Origin: a virus
Reading direction: 5' to 3' (one strand)
Length of the DNA: 64,000 nt
Virus record (IMG/VR): IMGVR_UViG_3300032006_000003
Location: 1-64,000 of that record
Shown here piece by piece: positions 27,565-36,207 of this stretch. Position numbers and translations under genes: made by a program. Under the pieces are notes generated by a model, which worked only from the letters and a program-made list of their open reading frames with translations, searched no databases and was not told the origin of the DNA. Within the stretch, counting starts at the first letter, position 1. Every line of letters begins with the position of its first letter.

Positions 27565-28965
27565 TTAAGCGTTTAAGTCGCCTATCTTCGCCTGTACGAA
27601 GAAGTTCCTGCATCGCATCTCACCCATTGTATAGAGTAGACCCCTAATTACCAGCTGGTTTGCAGCAAAGTAGTCACGGTTCTCAATATACTGAGTCGGC
27701 TGTGCAATCGCAATCTCCAAATAATCGGTGTCTAGAACGTATACGTTTGACCCCAATGTATTATAAGGTGAAGCTACTGCTACGGACTTTGGAACGTCCG
27801 CATCTGGTAGAATCGGGATGCCCATATAGGTAGCAAGAATCAGACCTGTTCGAGTACCGGGAAAGGTTCTCTCAGAGCCGACACCAACCTGATACTCTTC
27901 CTGTCCCATATACCTTTGCTGCGAGTTTAGAAGTCTCTCTAGCTTAAAGTACTGGTCATGTCCAAGAAGAATAAGTTTGGGTTCACCACCATTCTCCCTA
28001 ATCTTCTGAATACAAGTATCCAAAGCGTTCAGGGATAGGTCACGCCCTACACCAGCGTTATAATCAACGTTTGCTGCCGCATTCCATGCACCCGCAGTTC
28101 GGGCATATGTTACGTCATAAGCTTTTGGTCCGTTTCCAGCACCTGAAGTAGGCCATGTTACACCATTGCTTATTCCGTCTGCTTCAACAACATCGTCAAT
28201 AGAAGTTATTCCAGCCCTTGAATAGGCGAAAAGAATATCGCCTGCGGCTGACTGCTTAGAGTTTGTCCACGCACCATGTGTAAAGGTAGCCTGTGAAGAG
28301 GCTATGGAACGGTCCGTAATTTTAGTTGCTGTTTCAGTAGCAGGACCGTTAGTATCCAACAAAGAAATAACGTCACCAATGTGAAAGTCATTCTGTGCTG
28401 CTTCGTGAATCTTACTCGTTGTGGTTGCACCACCAGCAGCAACGGCTACGTGCCTAGAAGCTGATAGTAGTTCCTCGTTAATTTCTTTCATGTGGTCTAG
28501 TTGAGAGTTCTCATTCTCCAGAGCCAGCACATCTCCGATACCGCCTTCCAACTGTGCCGTGAAGACTGACTTCACCGAAGCACCGAAGGTCGTAGCGACT
28601 ATTCGGGGTAGGCTGGAAACTGGCTCAATGTTCGACACATCGACTGCGGGAAGCGTTCCTGCTTCCTCTACAGGTCGGCTGCGAAGCGAACCCCTATCTG
28701 TCCTTACCCTCCAACCAGCTGTATTGCCCCATACTACACGGGGTACAGCGTTGAAGAAACGGGTCTGGTTGTTAAGTGCTTGCCAGACTTTCCGTCCGTA
28801 GGTGGTTGTGAAGATAGATGCCGTTGAACTTGCGTCACCAGCCGTGCCAGTACCAAACGCCGTTCCACTAAAGTTATCCTTCTTCAACATTCCATCGCCG
28901 AATATGGACTGATATAGACCCCTCTGGGACTGCGAAATATATTCGCTTAGTGATGGGTTAGCCAT
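27565..28965 (-). CDS. major capsid protein
   Basis: 466 aa after scaffold; HK97-like features (EINEELL; G.P.LIL..H; ATYMGIPILPD; VYVLDTDYL). Confidence 0.8.
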   Translation of the reverse strand: MANPSLSEYISQSQRGLYQSIFGDGMLKKDNFSGTAFGTGTAGDASSTASIFTTTYGRKVWQALNNQTRFFNAVPRVVWGNTAGWRVRTDRGSLRSRPVEEAGTLPAVDVSNIEPVSSLPRIVATTFGASVKSVFTAQLEGGIGDVLALENENSQLDHMKEINEELLSASRHVAVAAGGATTTSKIHEAAQNDFHIGDVISLLDTNGPATETATKITDRSIASSQATFTHGAWTNSKQSAAGDILFAYSRAGITSIDDVVEADGISNGVTWPTSGAGNGPKAYDVTYARTAGAWNAAANVDYNAGVGRDLSLNALDTCIQKIRENGGEPKLILLGHDQYFKLERLLNSQQRYMGQEEYQVGVGSERTFPGTRTGLILATYMGIPILPDADVPKSVAVASPYNTLGSNVYVLDTDYLEIAIAQPTQYIENRDYFAANQLVIRGLLYTMGEMRCRNFFVQAKIGDLNA

Positions 28966-28994
28966 ATCATTTCCTCCTGATTAATCTTAATAAT

Positions 28995-29828
28995 TTATCC
29001 TAATAGTTCTCTAGGAACACCATCGGTATCCCCTGTCTCAATAGCAATCTGCATATCTCGAAGTTGCTTATATGAGAGTTCTGTCAACTGGTCTACTACC
29101 GCATCGCCTGAACTGTCGGCTGACTTAGTAAGAGGTGTTGCACCATCAATACCAAATCCGTCGTAGTTTATTGTCGTGGGTCGTTGTAGACTAGTCTCTT
29201 CCTTAAAGCCCATCTTTCGTAGTCGAGCCTCAGTTTCTCTCTGTACAGCTTTCTCAATAGAATTATTGGTACTTACCGCTTTAGTCAAGTTCATAATCTG
29301 CTTCTGCATGTTCTCTAACTTTCCATAATATCCACTTTCGATATTCTCTTCTGATCCTTCGTCGTCATCTTCCTCTTCGTCCATATCCATATCTTCATAT
29401 TCCTTTGCCAAATTCTGTAGCTGTAGCTGCATAGCCTGTATTGTATGCTGTACATTTTCTGTCTTGGAATCAATTGTTACAGGGGATTCTGAATCATCTG
29501 CATCCGCTCCACCTGTATCACTTGGTCCTTCTGCCTTCGCCTTTGTTTCAGGGTCAGGGCTGACATCCATCCCAGCATCACCATCATACTGACTTGCTTT
29601 GAAAATGTTAGCAACTTCGTTAGTTACTGCTTTAATAAGCAGGGCTTTCTCCATTGCAGCATTTTCCATTTCTTCCTCTTCCTCTCTTTTCTCAGCATCT
29701 TCGGCATCATCTTCTTCAGCCTTCTTTAGTCGGGAATCCATTTTTTGCAAAACTTCTGCCACGGCAGCCATCGCAAGACCATTGCCTTCCATCTGCTTCT
29801 CAATTCGATCTAGAATTGCATCGTCCAT
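28995..29828 (-). CDS. capsid scaffolding protein
   Basis: Acidic coiled coil directly upstream of the major capsid gene. Confidence 0.7.
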   Translation of the reverse strand: MDDAILDRIEKQMEGNGLAMAAVAEVLQKMDSRLKKAEEDDAEDAEKREEEEEMENAAMEKALLIKAVTNEVANIFKASQYDGDAGMDVSPDPETKAKAEGPSDTGGADADDSESPVTIDSKTENVQHTIQAMQLQLQNLAKEYEDMDMDEEEDDDEGSEENIESGYYGKLENMQKQIMNLTKAVSTNNSIEKAVQRETEARLRKMGFKEETSLQRPTTINYDGFGIDGATPLTKSADSSGDAVVDQLTELSYKQLRDMQIAIETGDTDGVPRELLG

Positions 29829-29911
29829 TCCATTACCTCCTTAATTGCATTTAGAAGGTTGGTCTAAGCCACCTCCGACCTTCTTATAAAATAGTGAACT
29901 TCTCACATAAA

Positions 29912-29921
29912 TATTATACTA
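29912..29921 (-). promoter_or_regulatory. putative late promoter TAGTATAATA
   Basis: Intergenic, upstream of scaffold-capsid. Confidence 0.6.
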
Positions 29922-29949
29922 ACGTTCTACAAAAAACCTACGTTTTATA

Positions 29950-30159
29950 TTAAGAATCAGAAACCGTAGTCTTTGTAGTTACATATTGTAACATTTCGTT
30001 ACGAAAATCATATAAAGGAACTTGGATTAACTTCTTAAACTTTTCACATTGAGTCCCTTCAGGAAGGGAAACTTCTACTAAATCTAATACTTTACCTACC
30101 ATTCGTGAATGACGGGCTAAAATATATTCTTGCTCTGCGGTTACTTTACTTACATCCAT
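29950..30159 (-). CDS. hypothetical protein
   Basis: ORF track, RBS. Confidence 0.6.
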   Translation of the reverse strand: MDVSKVTAEQEYILARHSRMVGKVLDLVEVSLPEGTQCEKFKKLIQVPLYDFRNEMLQYVTTKTTVSDS

Positions 30160-30171
30160 AATTCCTACTCC

Positions 30172-30624
30172 TTACATTCTCCTATTTCGTCGCATGACAT
30201 TCTCAACTGCTGTGTCAATAACATCATCAATAAACGGATTCTTAAATACCATAACTTGTTTTTCTTTCTCTACGGGAGTTAATTGTTCGTCAAGTGTTGG
30301 CTGTTCTTGCTGTCGTGTATGCTGCCTAACTTGTTCTACACCTCCTGTTTTTCCTCGTCTACGATAAGATCGTATTCGTTTTGGAATTAAACGAGAGACA
30401 AAAGAAGGTTCGACTACTTCTTCTGTAACCGTATCGAACCCTCCCGACTCTCGGATATCTACAGCCTCATGTGCATCAGGAAAAAGAATCTTATCTATAT
30501 AGATTCCTTCCCCTCGTTGTCGCCATTTTCCCTGCGCTTCTGGGGGCGATTGAGCATTAAGGAGGGCATAAATTTCCTCCTGAACCTCTTTCTGTAGTTT
30601 TCCAATCATATCTTGTACACTCAT
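30172..30624 (-). CDS. hypothetical protein with basic IRSYRR/VRQHTR motif
   Basis: ORF track. Confidence 0.55.
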   Translation of the reverse strand: MSVQDMIGKLQKEVQEEIYALLNAQSPPEAQGKWRQRGEGIYIDKILFPDAHEAVDIRESGGFDTVTEEVVEPSFVSRLIPKRIRSYRRRGKTGGVEQVRQHTRQQEQPTLDEQLTPVEKEKQVMVFKNPFIDDVIDTAVENVMRRNRRM

Positions 30625-30630
30625 ATTTAA

Positions 30631-31878
30631 TTATACTTGAATTCCTGAATTTATCCACACATCATCTAATGTATCATTAAAGGTTTTATTAGACTCATCA
30701 TACCTATTTAAATAAATTACTTCTTTTCCTACATAACCATGTTCAGGATGCCAATACGTAGCTAAATGTTTTGGTGGTGAATAAACAATTAGCTTCTGTA
30801 AAGCATATTCATCACCTCCTTTCATCGTGCCACATATATGTACTTCACCTGTCCCAATATCAAATTCATCAATACGATGAAAGTGTCCCATCATTACAGA
30901 ATCAAAACCATAATGTAAAACATTACGGAAATTAGAAACTATTCTAAGGATAGATGTTCCTACTCCTGCTCCCGGAACTGAATCTCCATGCATTATTAAT
31001 ACGGTTTTGTTTCCTGCTTGAAATGAATTTACAAACCCTTTAGGAATATCAAAGGTAATGTTTGACTGTTCCCTACAAAAAGCTGCTACCCATTGGTATA
31101 ACATGTAATCCCAATCCATATACTTATCTTTCATAGGAGGTTTCCTTGTCATACGTCCGTGGTTACCTACTACACAAGGAACATGAATCGTTTGAAAATT
31201 CCCTGCTAGGAACATCAATGCTTGAGCCACTAAGTTGGCTCCCCTAATCATTTGCCCCATACAATTATCAATATTGGTACGGGCTAACTCCTCATGAATA
31301 TCTCCACTAATCATATCTCCCAACATTGGAACAACTAGGTCGTCAATAGGAGCGAAGTTTCTACGAAGTTCTACTAGTTCTAATAGCTGATTTGCCCACC
31401 CGTATAATCTTTTATTGAAGATATCAATATTATATTCATTTAATCCGACCATTTGGGCTTCTTCAACCCTATCTCCAATGTGCAAATCCGTAAGTGGAGC
31501 AACGACCGTTTGCGGTTTATGTGACCCATTACGAGGTTTATACTTAGGTATTGACACAGCTTTAATGGCAGGAGCCATATTCTGTATTGTATCAATAATA
31601 AGTTCTTTCTTAGCCGTTTGCTTAATCGACTGTTCATAAAGTTTTTTCCAATAAGAAGCTTCTGCTTTAAAGGTTTGTGACTTCTTATCTAAATCTACTT
31701 GCTCATCAGTCTCTAAAGAAAATCTGTCTGAGTATGCCCATTTGTCGTGACAACGTTGAACGGTCGTCCGATGAACGTCGAGGCCAAATCTTTCCCTTAG
31801 TCTTTGGGCTATCCCCGTCCATGTTTGTCCAGCTTTCCGTAGTCTTAGTATCTCTTCTCTCGCCTGTTCTGGTATCAT
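30631..31878 (-). CDS. HTH + calcineurin-like metallophosphoesterase
   Basis: TDLH, GDMISG, GNHG, MHGD and GHFH motifs; N-terminal HTH. Confidence 0.85.
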   Translation of the reverse strand: MIPEQAREEILRLRKAGQTWTGIAQRLRERFGLDVHRTTVQRCHDKWAYSDRFSLETDEQVDLDKKSQTFKAEASYWKKLYEQSIKQTAKKELIIDTIQNMAPAIKAVSIPKYKPRNGSHKPQTVVAPLTDLHIGDRVEEAQMVGLNEYNIDIFNKRLYGWANQLLELVELRRNFAPIDDLVVPMLGDMISGDIHEELARTNIDNCMGQMIRGANLVAQALMFLAGNFQTIHVPCVVGNHGRMTRKPPMKDKYMDWDYMLYQWVAAFCREQSNITFDIPKGFVNSFQAGNKTVLIMHGDSVPGAGVGTSILRIVSNFRNVLHYGFDSVMMGHFHRIDEFDIGTGEVHICGTMKGGDEYALQKLIVYSPPKHLATYWHPEHGYVGKEVIYLNRYDESNKTFNDTLDDVWINSGIQV

Positions 31879-31999
31879 TTCCTCTCCTTATATGTAAATA
31901 AACTACTTTTCCACAATCTACGCATCCTAAATCTTGATCAGTATTCATGTACATTGCCCCATTACATTTAGGACACGACTTTAAAAATAGCTTACTCAT
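31706..31999 (-). CDS. Zn-ribbon protein
   Basis: CPKC..CVDC; the C-terminal part overlaps the next gene. Confidence 0.5.
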   Translation of the reverse strand: MSKLFLKSCPKCNGAMYMNTDQDLGCVDCGKVVYLHIRRGNDTRTGERRDTKTTESWTNMDGDSPKTKGKIWPRRSSDDRSTLSRQMGILRQIFFRD

Positions 32000-33303
32000 A
32001 ACTTCTTTGTCAATAGAAAATCTCTAAACCATTGTGCCGTACTCTGTTCTTGTGCTTTTCTCACAGTTTTTTCTACCTCCTTCTCATCTAATAAAATATC
32101 TTCTGGTAATTCCTTCTCCTTATCAAGATCACCCCCTCTTACTAAAGCGTCATTATTCTGAAGATTAAATCCTTTTTCCATTGATTGTACATATCCTCCT
32201 ATTGAAGCTGCTGCTTCTAATGGTGGTTCAACTACACTTTCTGAATCTTGTTTATCTCTTCGTCTTTTTTCTTGTACTTTATTAACGAAGTCATTTTGTT
32301 TTACATCTGTATTTAAAGGCTTATCACCTTTTCGTTCAATATACTTTGGTATTTTATCACCCGTTCCTTGACGAGGTTGAACAACTGTTAACGTATGTGG
32401 TGCGCCTCCGCCAACTGTATCAGCTTTCTCCATCGCTTGAAAATTATTACCACTCTGGGCTGGCATTTCTAAAGTGGCTCCTGATTTAATATATCCTTTC
32501 TGTTTTTTTGGTATTTGCTGCGCCCCTACCTTTTCATCTGCATCATTCATTTCAGCCCCAGCCCGTCCTGATTCCATTAATCCCGCCATCCCCATATTAT
32601 GAGCAACTGGATTAGTAGGTACGCTGTTCTCTGTTTTAGGCGTGTCTTCTGATCCTTCTCCTTGTAAAGAATCAGCTGGACGTAATCGTTGATGTGGGTT
32701 TAAACTATAGTCATCGTAATGCGAAGGAGCATTATGATTCTTTTTAAGTTCGGTTCGAGCAAATTGTACTAGGTCATAGACAAAAGATTTATCGAGGTTT
32801 TGTACCGTTGCGTGAGAATGGTCTGGTGTTGTACTCATACCAACACTACTCGTTCCCATCCCGGTCGTGATCACCCCCTTTCGTCGATTAGATTTGATTT
32901 CAGTATATGGTTCCCCATATGCCTTGTCAAGGGATTTAGTAGGGGAAAAGTCCCTAAGAAATGCATCGACTCTCTCAATACCACTTTTCTCTTTAACCTT
33001 CTTTTTATCATTATCAAAGGCTTCATCTGCATCCTCAGTACTTGTAAAAACAATATCATCATCTAAGTCTTTTCGTAACTTCTTTTTCTTTGGAAACGTT
33101 GAACCGTATGTCGTTGTTGAAACATCCGCAGATGTAAACCCTCCAATGGCTCCGCCGCCTCCGTCCCCTTCTTTCATAAAATCAATAAATTTTTCATAGC
33201 CCGATGCGTGGGCAGCTTGTGAAACCTCCTCTGCTTTTTTACGTGAATTAAACGGACCCTTACTTCCCCAATACCATCCATCACTCTTCTTACTAATCGG
33301 CAT
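31996..33303 (-). CDS. head-region protein (candidate processed internal protein)
   Basis: Follows portal; N-terminal MPISKK..GWYWGSKGPF module; repeated LDKA/LDKS/MEKA. Confidence 0.6.
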   Translation of the reverse strand: MPISKKSDGWYWGSKGPFNSRKKAEEVSQAAHASGYEKFIDFMKEGDGGGGAIGGFTSADVSTTTYGSTFPKKKKLRKDLDDDIVFTSTEDADEAFDNDKKKVKEKSGIERVDAFLRDFSPTKSLDKAYGEPYTEIKSNRRKGVITTGMGTSSVGMSTTPDHSHATVQNLDKSFVYDLVQFARTELKKNHNAPSHYDDYSLNPHQRLRPADSLQGEGSEDTPKTENSVPTNPVAHNMGMAGLMESGRAGAEMNDADEKVGAQQIPKKQKGYIKSGATLEMPAQSGNNFQAMEKADTVGGGAPHTLTVVQPRQGTGDKIPKYIERKGDKPLNTDVKQNDFVNKVQEKRRRDKQDSESVVEPPLEAAASIGGYVQSMEKGFNLQNNDALVRGGDLDKEKELPEDILLDEKEVEKTVRKAQEQSTAQWFRDFLLTKKL

Positions 33304-35290
33304 TGTCTACTTCCTTATCTACTTCCTCTCTAGTATTACCGACTTGAGAAGGGTTATAACTAATCTTAGGAGTATCTATAGTATTCTTAAAGGTTGCTTT
33401 TTCTACCCCTAGAATACCCGCACTTCCTAATGTAGCTGTATAATCTACCCCTTCATTTACAAACCATAATTGTTTACCATCAGAAGTCATATCTTTTAGA
33501 ATAGGGGCAACATAACCTCGACCAGTTAAGTCTTCAATCCATGACTTATTCATTAAGGTTAATTCATTGTTCTTATTGCGTCCTTCAGCGAACTCATCAA
33601 TATCTCTTTCCTCGAAAGGAGATTTGTCATGCCAATCAGGAGTTCGTCCTGCGAAGCGTCCACCAAACTTCTTTGCATCTTTTCCTAATGACATATTCTG
33701 TAAAGGTATCTGTGGGGCAGGCTCTGATCCGGGTCCTTCACCACCTCCCGGTGCGGCTCCTGTATTACCGGGGGCTGGATTAACTCCTGTCATTCCCGGT
33801 ACATTAGCTTGTTGTTGGGCTAATTGGGCTTCCATAGCTTCTTCTTGCATCCTCATTTGCTGTACGCCCAATGCCATTTGTTCCCCTTGCATCTCCGCCA
33901 TTGGAACAGCTTGACCGCCAATAATAAATTCTGCCTGATCTAGTGGTACATCATCCTCTTTAAGAGAGACTTGATAACCTAATTGTAAGTACATAGCGGC
34001 TACTTGCGCCCTTTGCTGGGCAAAGCTAATGCGAGTAGCTTCTGCTTTCTCTTCAGGGTTTTCCAAATGTATTTCATAATCTGTTATGCCAAAAGCTTCA
34101 AGAATTAAAGGGAAGACTTTTTCATGGAAGATTCGTTGATCTCCTTCTACTACACGACTCATAACAACTAACTGTTGAGTCTGTGTTGATAATCCACCGA
34201 ATGCTTCTGGTGCGCCTTGCCATGCTGGAGTTACACCCCACATAGCTGCAATACGTTCTCGTATTTCATTACGTACTGGAAGATAATCCATCTCTTGTAA
34301 AGTATGGAATAGTCTAAGTAGTTCTACTCTACCCCTTTGATTCCTAGAAGAGACAGCAACCATCGGTACATAGTTAGGGTCTTGCCGTGTCTGAGCCGTA
34401 ATGTTTTCACGTTCTCGTCGCAGACTTTCAGGATCGTCTGTATAGACCATCATCATTGCCGCAGGCATTTTTCTCTCAAAGAAATAACGAAATAGGTTTT
34501 TATCCATACCAATTAAGGTTAATGCTTTTTCAAAGATTGTTAGGATAGGACTCCATCCATATGTTTCTGAAGGAGTAAATTTAGAACTATGAACTATTTC
34601 GGCATCGAACATATAAATGTGCTTATTCCGATGATAGTACTTATACATGACAGGGCGAAGATCGACTTCACAATCTTCTTCTTGGCAGTTTCCGGGTTCC
34701 TCATGGACTTCTTCTCTGTGTATTGGACACATAAAATGTGCGTTCTTAGGTAAGCCAGCTGCGTCAAGATCGAATTCGACAAGGGCTGGATTAAGTCTTC
34801 GGACTTCTTTAACTTTTGATCTGATGGTTCCATCATCGCCTGCCTTATACTCTTTAGCTAAGTATAAAAATCCGTCATCAATAGAATTTATATCGAAATG
34901 AAACTGTCTTAATACTTCTTCAAAGCTTTGATCAAATACATTACAGTCATCTAAGAAAGCTTTTAATCTATCTAACTGTTCTGTATCAGGGTCTTCGACT
35001 GTGGGTTTAAAGATTATCCCCCTACGAAAAACCTCATTAGTTATATGTTGAAGTGGTCCTCTAATCTCTTCTACTGAAAAAGCTACCATCTGTAAGTCCA
35101 TTACCAATTGTTGGCGATACGCCATTTGGTGACGTACCCATGTATTAACAATATGATCAAGACCTATAGTTGGTGCTTGTCCTATATCCCCTGCCGATTT
35201 CATTAAATCTAATTGATTTAATTGATTAGTTAGCTGAACCATTTGGTCAGCCATATGGGGGACTTCAGGTAAGTATTCTGATAATCTCAT
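33293..35290 (-). CDS. portal protein
   Basis: YGWSPI, YFFERKMP, MDYL..R..IAAMWGVTP; inserted CPIH..C..C segment. Confidence 0.8.
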   Translation of the reverse strand: MRLSEYLPEVPHMADQMVQLTNQLNQLDLMKSAGDIGQAPTIGLDHIVNTWVRHQMAYRQQLVMDLQMVAFSVEEIRGPLQHITNEVFRRGIIFKPTVEDPDTEQLDRLKAFLDDCNVFDQSFEEVLRQFHFDINSIDDGFLYLAKEYKAGDDGTIRSKVKEVRRLNPALVEFDLDAAGLPKNAHFMCPIHREEVHEEPGNCQEEDCEVDLRPVMYKYYHRNKHIYMFDAEIVHSSKFTPSETYGWSPILTIFEKALTLIGMDKNLFRYFFERKMPAAMMMVYTDDPESLRRERENITAQTRQDPNYVPMVAVSSRNQRGRVELLRLFHTLQEMDYLPVRNEIRERIAAMWGVTPAWQGAPEAFGGLSTQTQQLVVMSRVVEGDQRIFHEKVFPLILEAFGITDYEIHLENPEEKAEATRISFAQQRAQVAAMYLQLGYQVSLKEDDVPLDQAEFIIGGQAVPMAEMQGEQMALGVQQMRMQEEAMEAQLAQQQANVPGMTGVNPAPGNTGAAPGGGEGPGSEPAPQIPLQNMSLGKDAKKFGGRFAGRTPDWHDKSPFEERDIDEFAEGRNKNNELTLMNKSWIEDLTGRGYVAPILKDMTSDGKQLWFVNEGVDYTATLGSAGILGVEKATFKNTIDTPKISYNPSQVGNTREEVDKEVDNAD

Positions 35291-35293
35291 ACA

Positions 35294-35737
35294 CTATTCC
35301 CTCTCGGTTAAATTAGTCATATCTGACATTGAAACCAGTTTAACAATATTATTCATAGCTTTTTCTTTTAGTTCATAATCTTCTGATCTTTGAACCTTAC
35401 GAATTGTTATAGCATTCGTTTCTTTTAGATCAGCAATTTCTTGTCGTAACTGGATAATTGTATCATCTTTCTCCTGTGTTACATCTTCTAGTAGTCCTTC
35501 TTCTCCTTCAAAGGATGCATTTTGAAGTACACCCATTCTGGCTGCTTCTCGTATTAACGAGATAAAAGCCCCCTCAGTTAAAATTGTTACTGCGGGATTA
35601 TCATCTTCGATATCATCATCAGGACCTACTTGGGTTAAAGCCTCGTGCCATGTATCCAAAATCCGCCATGTTGATGTTGTATCATCCCTATGAGCAACAT
35701 ACTGCTGTTCTCGTCCACGTAAAATATTACCTAACAT
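35294..35737 (-). CDS. hypothetical coiled-coil protein
   Basis: ORF track. Confidence 0.6.
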   Translation of the reverse strand: MLGNILRGREQQYVAHRDDTTSTWRILDTWHEALTQVGPDDDIEDDNPAVTILTEGAFISLIREAARMGVLQNASFEGEEGLLEDVTQEKDDTIIQLRQEIADLKETNAITIRKVQRSEDYELKEKAMNNIVKLVSMSDMTNLTERE

Positions 35738-35756
35738 ACTTACCTCTACTTTATTC

Positions 35757-35766
35757 TATTATACTA
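35757..35766 (-). promoter_or_regulatory. putative late promoter TAGTATAATA
   Basis: Upstream of the portal operon. Confidence 0.5.
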
Positions 35767-35994
35767 CTTGCTTAAAGCTTTCTCCAATTTACCCGGAGCA
35801 AACCCCGCAATCATATCTGTTCCTATAACTGTAACTGGTGTAACTCTAAAACCCATCCGTACTAAATCTTCTGCGTAATCAGCATTTTCTGAAATATTAT
35901 ATTCAGTAAATTCATGTCCGTTCTTTTTCAACCAAGACTTGGTTGCTGTACAAGGACCTCAACCACTACTCGTGAATACTTTAATATCAGCCAC
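35764..35994 (-). CDS. nrdH: NrdH/glutaredoxin-like selenoprotein (UxxC), 76 aa
   Basis: AAGGAGG RBS, GTG start; MADIKVFTSSG-TGA-GPCTATKSWLKKNGHEFTEYNISENADYAEDLVRMGFRVTPVTVIGTDMIAGFAPGKLEKALSK; TGA at 35959-35961. Confidence 0.8.
35916..35958 (-). promoter_or_regulatory. bacterial SECIS-like element
   Basis: CAACCAA-GTC-TTGGTTG hairpin starting 13 nt after the TGA, with a GTCC/GGAC lower stem. Confidence 0.65.
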
Positions 35995-36097
35995 CTTCCC
36001 TCCTTTGTTTACGTTCACAAACATAACATATCTTATGCCCTTTCTTAATACTTAGTTTAACACCACATTTACATTTTGACCAATTACGTCTAGCCAT
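35987..36097 (-). CDS. 36-aa basic Zn-finger microprotein
   Basis: Manual translation MARRNWSKCKCGVKLSIKKGHKICYVCERKQRREGG; AGGAG RBS. Confidence 0.6.
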   Translation of the reverse strand: MARRNWSKCKCGVKLSIKKGHKICYVCERKQRREGG

Positions 36098-36197
36098 TTA
36101 TCACTCCTATTATTCCTACTCCTACTAATCCTATAATTGATATGAGAACTAATAATTGTATTACTAGCCCCCATAACTCTGGGTTCTTCCACCACAT
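36090..36197 (-). CDS. 35-aa single-TM microprotein
   Basis: Manual translation MWWKNPELWGLVIQLLVLISIIGLVGVGIIGVING. Confidence 0.55.
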   Translation of the reverse strand: MWWKNPELWGLVIQLLVLISIIGLVGVGIIGVING

Positions 36198-36207
36198 ATT
36201 CTCACCT

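Noticed and set aside
35959-35961. Genome-wide TGA reassignment (e.g. to Trp or Gly) as the explanation for the in-frame TGA
   Set aside because: TGA is an ordinary stop in many ATGA couplings (e.g. 3640, 19446, 19613, 31996), long genes are intact under the standard code, and the position aligns with a catalytic Cys.
35764-35994. Glutaredoxin pseudogene
   Set aside because: The single stop falls exactly at the redox Cys, the rest of the frame and the RBS are intact, and a SECIS-like hairpin follows. Not fully excluded without homologues.
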